Source: Candidatus Caldarchaeum subterraneum
GTDB taxonomy: Archaea; Thermoproteota; Nitrososphaeria_A; Caldarchaeales; Caldarchaeaceae
Length of the DNA: 32,000 nt
Direction: 5' to 3'
NCBI GenBank assembly: GCA_000270325.1
Contig: BA000048.1
Coordinates: 457,984-489,983 of the forward strand
Shown here: piece by piece, positions 31,192 through 32,000 of the stretch
How positions within the stretch are numbered: the first letter of the stretch is position 1
Layout: each line of letters begins with the position of its first letter
Translations under genes and position numbers: made by a program
The notes under the pieces: model-generated
Databases searched by the model: none
Seen by the model: only the letters and a program-made list of their open reading frames with translations
What the model was told of the DNA's origin: nothing

Positions 31192-32000
31192 ATGGTGTCG
31201 AAATTTGTATACCACGCGCCCAAATCGCTTCAAGAAGCTCTCGACCTAATGAGCAGCTATGGAAGAGACGCTAAGCCATTAGCGGGCGGAACAGACCTTC
31301 TGGTTGACCTTAGAGAGAAAAAATCCAAGCCAAAAGCCGTTATAGACCTGAAAAACATCAAAGAACTCAACAAGCTCAGCTATGAAAGAGGCAGCGGCCT
31401 CGTGATAGGGGCTACCGTAACCTATGAACAGATTCTGAGCTTCGAGCCAATCCGTAGACGCTACACGGTTCTATGGGAGGCGGTTAAAACAATCGCTGAC
31501 GAGATAATACGTATGAGAGCAACCCTCGTCGGAAACATATGCACATCCTCGCCAGCGGCAGACACCGCCCCACCATTGCTAGTCTATGACGCTGTGGTAA
31601 AAACGCTCAGCAAGAACGGTGCAAGGGAAATACCTATCGAAAAATTCTTCATAGGAGTTAAGAAGAATGTATTGGAAGCCGGTGAGATAGTTGAGTCGGT
31701 CTATTTGCCAGAGCCTCTTGAAGACGCTAGGGGGGCTTATCTGAAGGCTATGAGAACTTGGAGTGAAGACCTTGCTTTGGTTGGTGTAGCTGTTCTTGTT
31801 GCAGACCGGGGCAGAGATGTCCGTTTGGCTTATGCAAGCGTTGCACCCACACCGGTAAGGGCCAGAAAAGCTGAAGACGTCTTCAGAGGCGATGGCCCTC
31901 TCAGAGAAAAAATCGAGCAGGCTGTGGAAATCGCAGCAGCCAGCGTCTCCCCCATAACAGACGTCCGTGCCAGCAAAGAATACCGTCTACATTTAGTCAA
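31192..32000 (+). CDS. FAD-binding medium subunit of a Mo-hydroxylase (CoxM/XdhB-like), 3' end outside the window
   Basis: Not in the ORF track because there is no stop inside the window. The ATG is 2 nt after the large-subunit stop. MVSKFVYHAPKSLQEALDLMSSYGRDAKPLAGGTDLLVDLRE carries the AGGTDL FAD motif, and the frame is open to nt 32000. Confidence 0.8.
   Translation, partial: MVSKFVYHAPKSLQEALDLMSSYGRDAKPLAGGTDLLVDLREKKSKPKAVIDLKNIKELNKLSYERGSGLVIGATVTYEQILSFEPIRRRYTVLWEAVKTIADEIIRMRATLVGNICTSSPAADTAPPLLVYDAVVKTLSKNGAREIPIEKFFIGVKKNVLEAGEIVESVYLPEPLEDARGAYLKAMRTWSEDLALVGVAVLVADRGRDVRLAYASVAPTPVRARKAEDVFRGDGPLREKIEQAVEIAAASVSPITDVRASKEYRLHLV

Noticed and set aside
1-32000. CRISPR arrays, rRNA genes and long tandem repeats
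   Set aside because: Reading through the window, I saw no regularly spaced direct repeats, no rRNA-like sequence and no long tandem arrays.

Overview
Archaeal chromosome segment. Markers are aIF-2beta, aIF6, L31e, prefoldin alpha, FtsY, Orc1/Cdc6 and CDP-archaeol synthase. TATA boxes sit about 21-25 nt upstream of many start codons, implying mostly leaderless mRNAs. GTG/TTG starts are frequent, packing is tight, and GC is roughly 50% in the blocks I counted. No rRNA genes or CRISPR arrays seen. Layout: (1) 1-5428, an Opp/Dpp-type ABC transporter (binding protein cut by the window edge, two permeases, a single ATPase) with an unknown membrane-anchored coiled-coil gene inside the locus. (2) 5452-9095, a divergent Orc1/Cdc6 paralogue translationally coupled to a small wHTH gene, a GYD protein, two small unknowns and a DAO-family flavoenzyme. 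(3) 9101-11500, the most unusual part: a promoter-equipped tRNA 5'-half-like gene that stops at the anticodon stem. It runs into a low-GC island (36% GC over 9181-9420 by my count) holding frameshifted gene remnants, ATCCTA/TAGGAT dyads, a 337-aa ORF with IS110-type DEDD motifs but no obvious serine nucleophile, and about 650 nt of mostly non-coding structured DNA. (4) 11533-19356, housekeeping genes: carS, an apparently inactivated RNase H-like protein plus SAH hydrolase, aIF-2beta, a MazG-like protein, class-II-like HMG-CoA reductase, ftsY, pfdA, eif6 and rpl31e. (5) 19447-32000, a catabolic island: FdrA/DUF1116/DUF2877 (AllFGH-like) genes scrambled around a cyclase-fold hydrolase. A 51-codon ORF that looks like a detached FdrA tail overlaps the fdrA stop. 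The island also has a GNAT-like protein, two different molybdenum-hydroxylase large subunits, a lone carboxyltransferase and an FAD subunit that runs off the window. All functional calls come from motif recognition by eye; no searches were run.
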